Shown piece by piece: positions 63,235 to 64,000 of a stretch of DNA of 64,000 nucleotides. Location of the stretch: the NCBI GenBank assembly GCA_039028615.1, contig JBCCHT010000027.1, forward strand, positions 32,001-96,000, written 5' to 3'. Positions within the stretch are counted from its first letter, which is position 1, and the number at the start of each line of letters is the position of its first letter. Under the pieces are notes generated by a model. The model saw only the letters and a list, made by a program, of their open reading frames with translations. It was not told where the DNA came from and did no database searches. The position numbers and the translations under genes were made by a program. This DNA comes from Myxococcota bacterium. Lineage in GTDB: Bacteria; Myxococcota_A; Polyangia; Nannocystales; Nannocystaceae.

Positions 63235-64000
63235 CTATCCGATGAGAAACAGCTCCCGCGGGCCCGCCACGGCATGCGCCGCGTCGACCCGGGGAAGGTT
63301 GCGAGAGGCCCACAGCGCCAGCGTCGGATCGCCGCGCCCCACGACCTCGGCCATCGCTTGGCCGCTCAGCTCGTCGGCGGGGCACTGTCGTCCGCGCAGG
63401 ATCTGCTCGAGCAGGTGCGTGGTGGAGTCGGGCTCGAACGCCTCGTCGGTCACGATCTGCTCGAGTTCGTCCGCCGTCATCGCCTGCACGTTGTCGAAAC
63501 GAAAGTCGGCGCGCTCGGCCGGCACGCCTTGCCAGGCCTCGGGATCGATGCACGAGGGCCGGGGCGGCGTCGCGTGCTCGACCGCCAGTCGCCACAGTCG
63601 CCGCCCCAGCTCGCCCACGATCTCGTCGAAGCGCGGAGGCAGCTGCACCGGGCGCCCCAGCGTGGAGGCCACTTTCGAGGGCAGCCCCGCGAGGTGCCGC
63701 AGCCACTGCCGGGTGTAGATGCGCTGCTTGTCGCCGTAGCTGATCTCGTGCCGCAGCCACTGCAAGGTCGCCGGGCTGCGCCGGACGTCGGACACGGAAA
63801 AGCCCGGGAACGCCCCCTGGCAGTAGAACGCGGCGATCTCTGCGAGGAAGGCCGGGTTCATGACCTCGAGGTCGGGACGAAAGCGGCGGTACTCGTCCGC
63901 CATCCACGACTGATACGAGACGGTGAGCGTGGTGAGCAGGCTGCCCGCGTCGAGGCGGTCCCGAAACCCGCGCTGCGAGAGGAACCAGTAGTCGAGCCCG
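63235..64000 (-). CDS. Hypothetical protein, 5'-truncated by the window edge; same operon as the SelO-like gene
   Basis: Frame open to the edge (GLDYWFLSQRGFRDRLDAG...WLRHEISYGDKQRIYTRQWL...). Stop at 63235, 9 nt before the ATG of the SelO-like gene. Confidence 0.75.
   Translation of the reverse strand, partial: GLDYWFLSQRGFRDRLDAGSLLTTLTVSYQSWMADEYRRFRPDLEVMNPAFLAEIAAFYCQGAFPGFSVSDVRRSPATLQWLRHEISYGDKQRIYTRQWLRHLAGLPSKVASTLGRPVQLPPRFDEIVGELGRRLWRLAVEHATPPRPSCIDPEAWQGVPAERADFRFDNVQAMTADELEQIVTDEAFEPDSTTHLLEQILRGRQCPADELSGQAMAEVVGRGDPTLALWASRNLPRVDAAHAVAGPRELFLIG

Overview
GC-rich bacterial chromosomal window with a myxobacterial gene repertoire (Nannocystaceae-like by inference): Cys-rich repeat lipoproteins, a Tat-exported DUF1501-type protein with a CxxCH partner, a Ser/Thr kinase-TPR/ECF sigma module, an FHA-sigma54 activator and a PilY1-like adhesin. 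From left to right: (i) a 5'-open protein with a candidate Cys-His-Asp triad, a crotonase and a YbjN-like protein; (ii) an operon for a molybdopterin oxidoreductase with no Tat signal (fused 4Fe-4S/NrfD subunit, Mo subunit, TorD-type chaperone), preceded by a perfect sigma-54 -24/-12 promoter, divergent from a SulP-STAS transporter and close to a sensor-less sigma-54 activator; (iii) a run of secreted proteins, lipoproteins and enzymes; (iv) a small envelope/polysaccharide-related operon; (v) a PilY1-like gene, a TPR-metallopeptidase, signalling genes, bestrophin, tatC/tatB and an MCP. The most notable element is at the right edge, on the minus strand (61154-64000). Three tandem 47-52 aa peptides share a double-glycine-type leader (LxLSDLxxVRG-G/A) and a C-terminal CxC motif. 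They lie directly downstream of a SelO/MchC-like ATP-dependent pseudokinase-fold gene and an unrecognised protein cut by the window edge. This looks like an uncharacterised RiPP gene cluster. I recognised no rRNA, tRNA, CRISPR array or transposase. All family calls come from motif recognition by eye, not from database searches.
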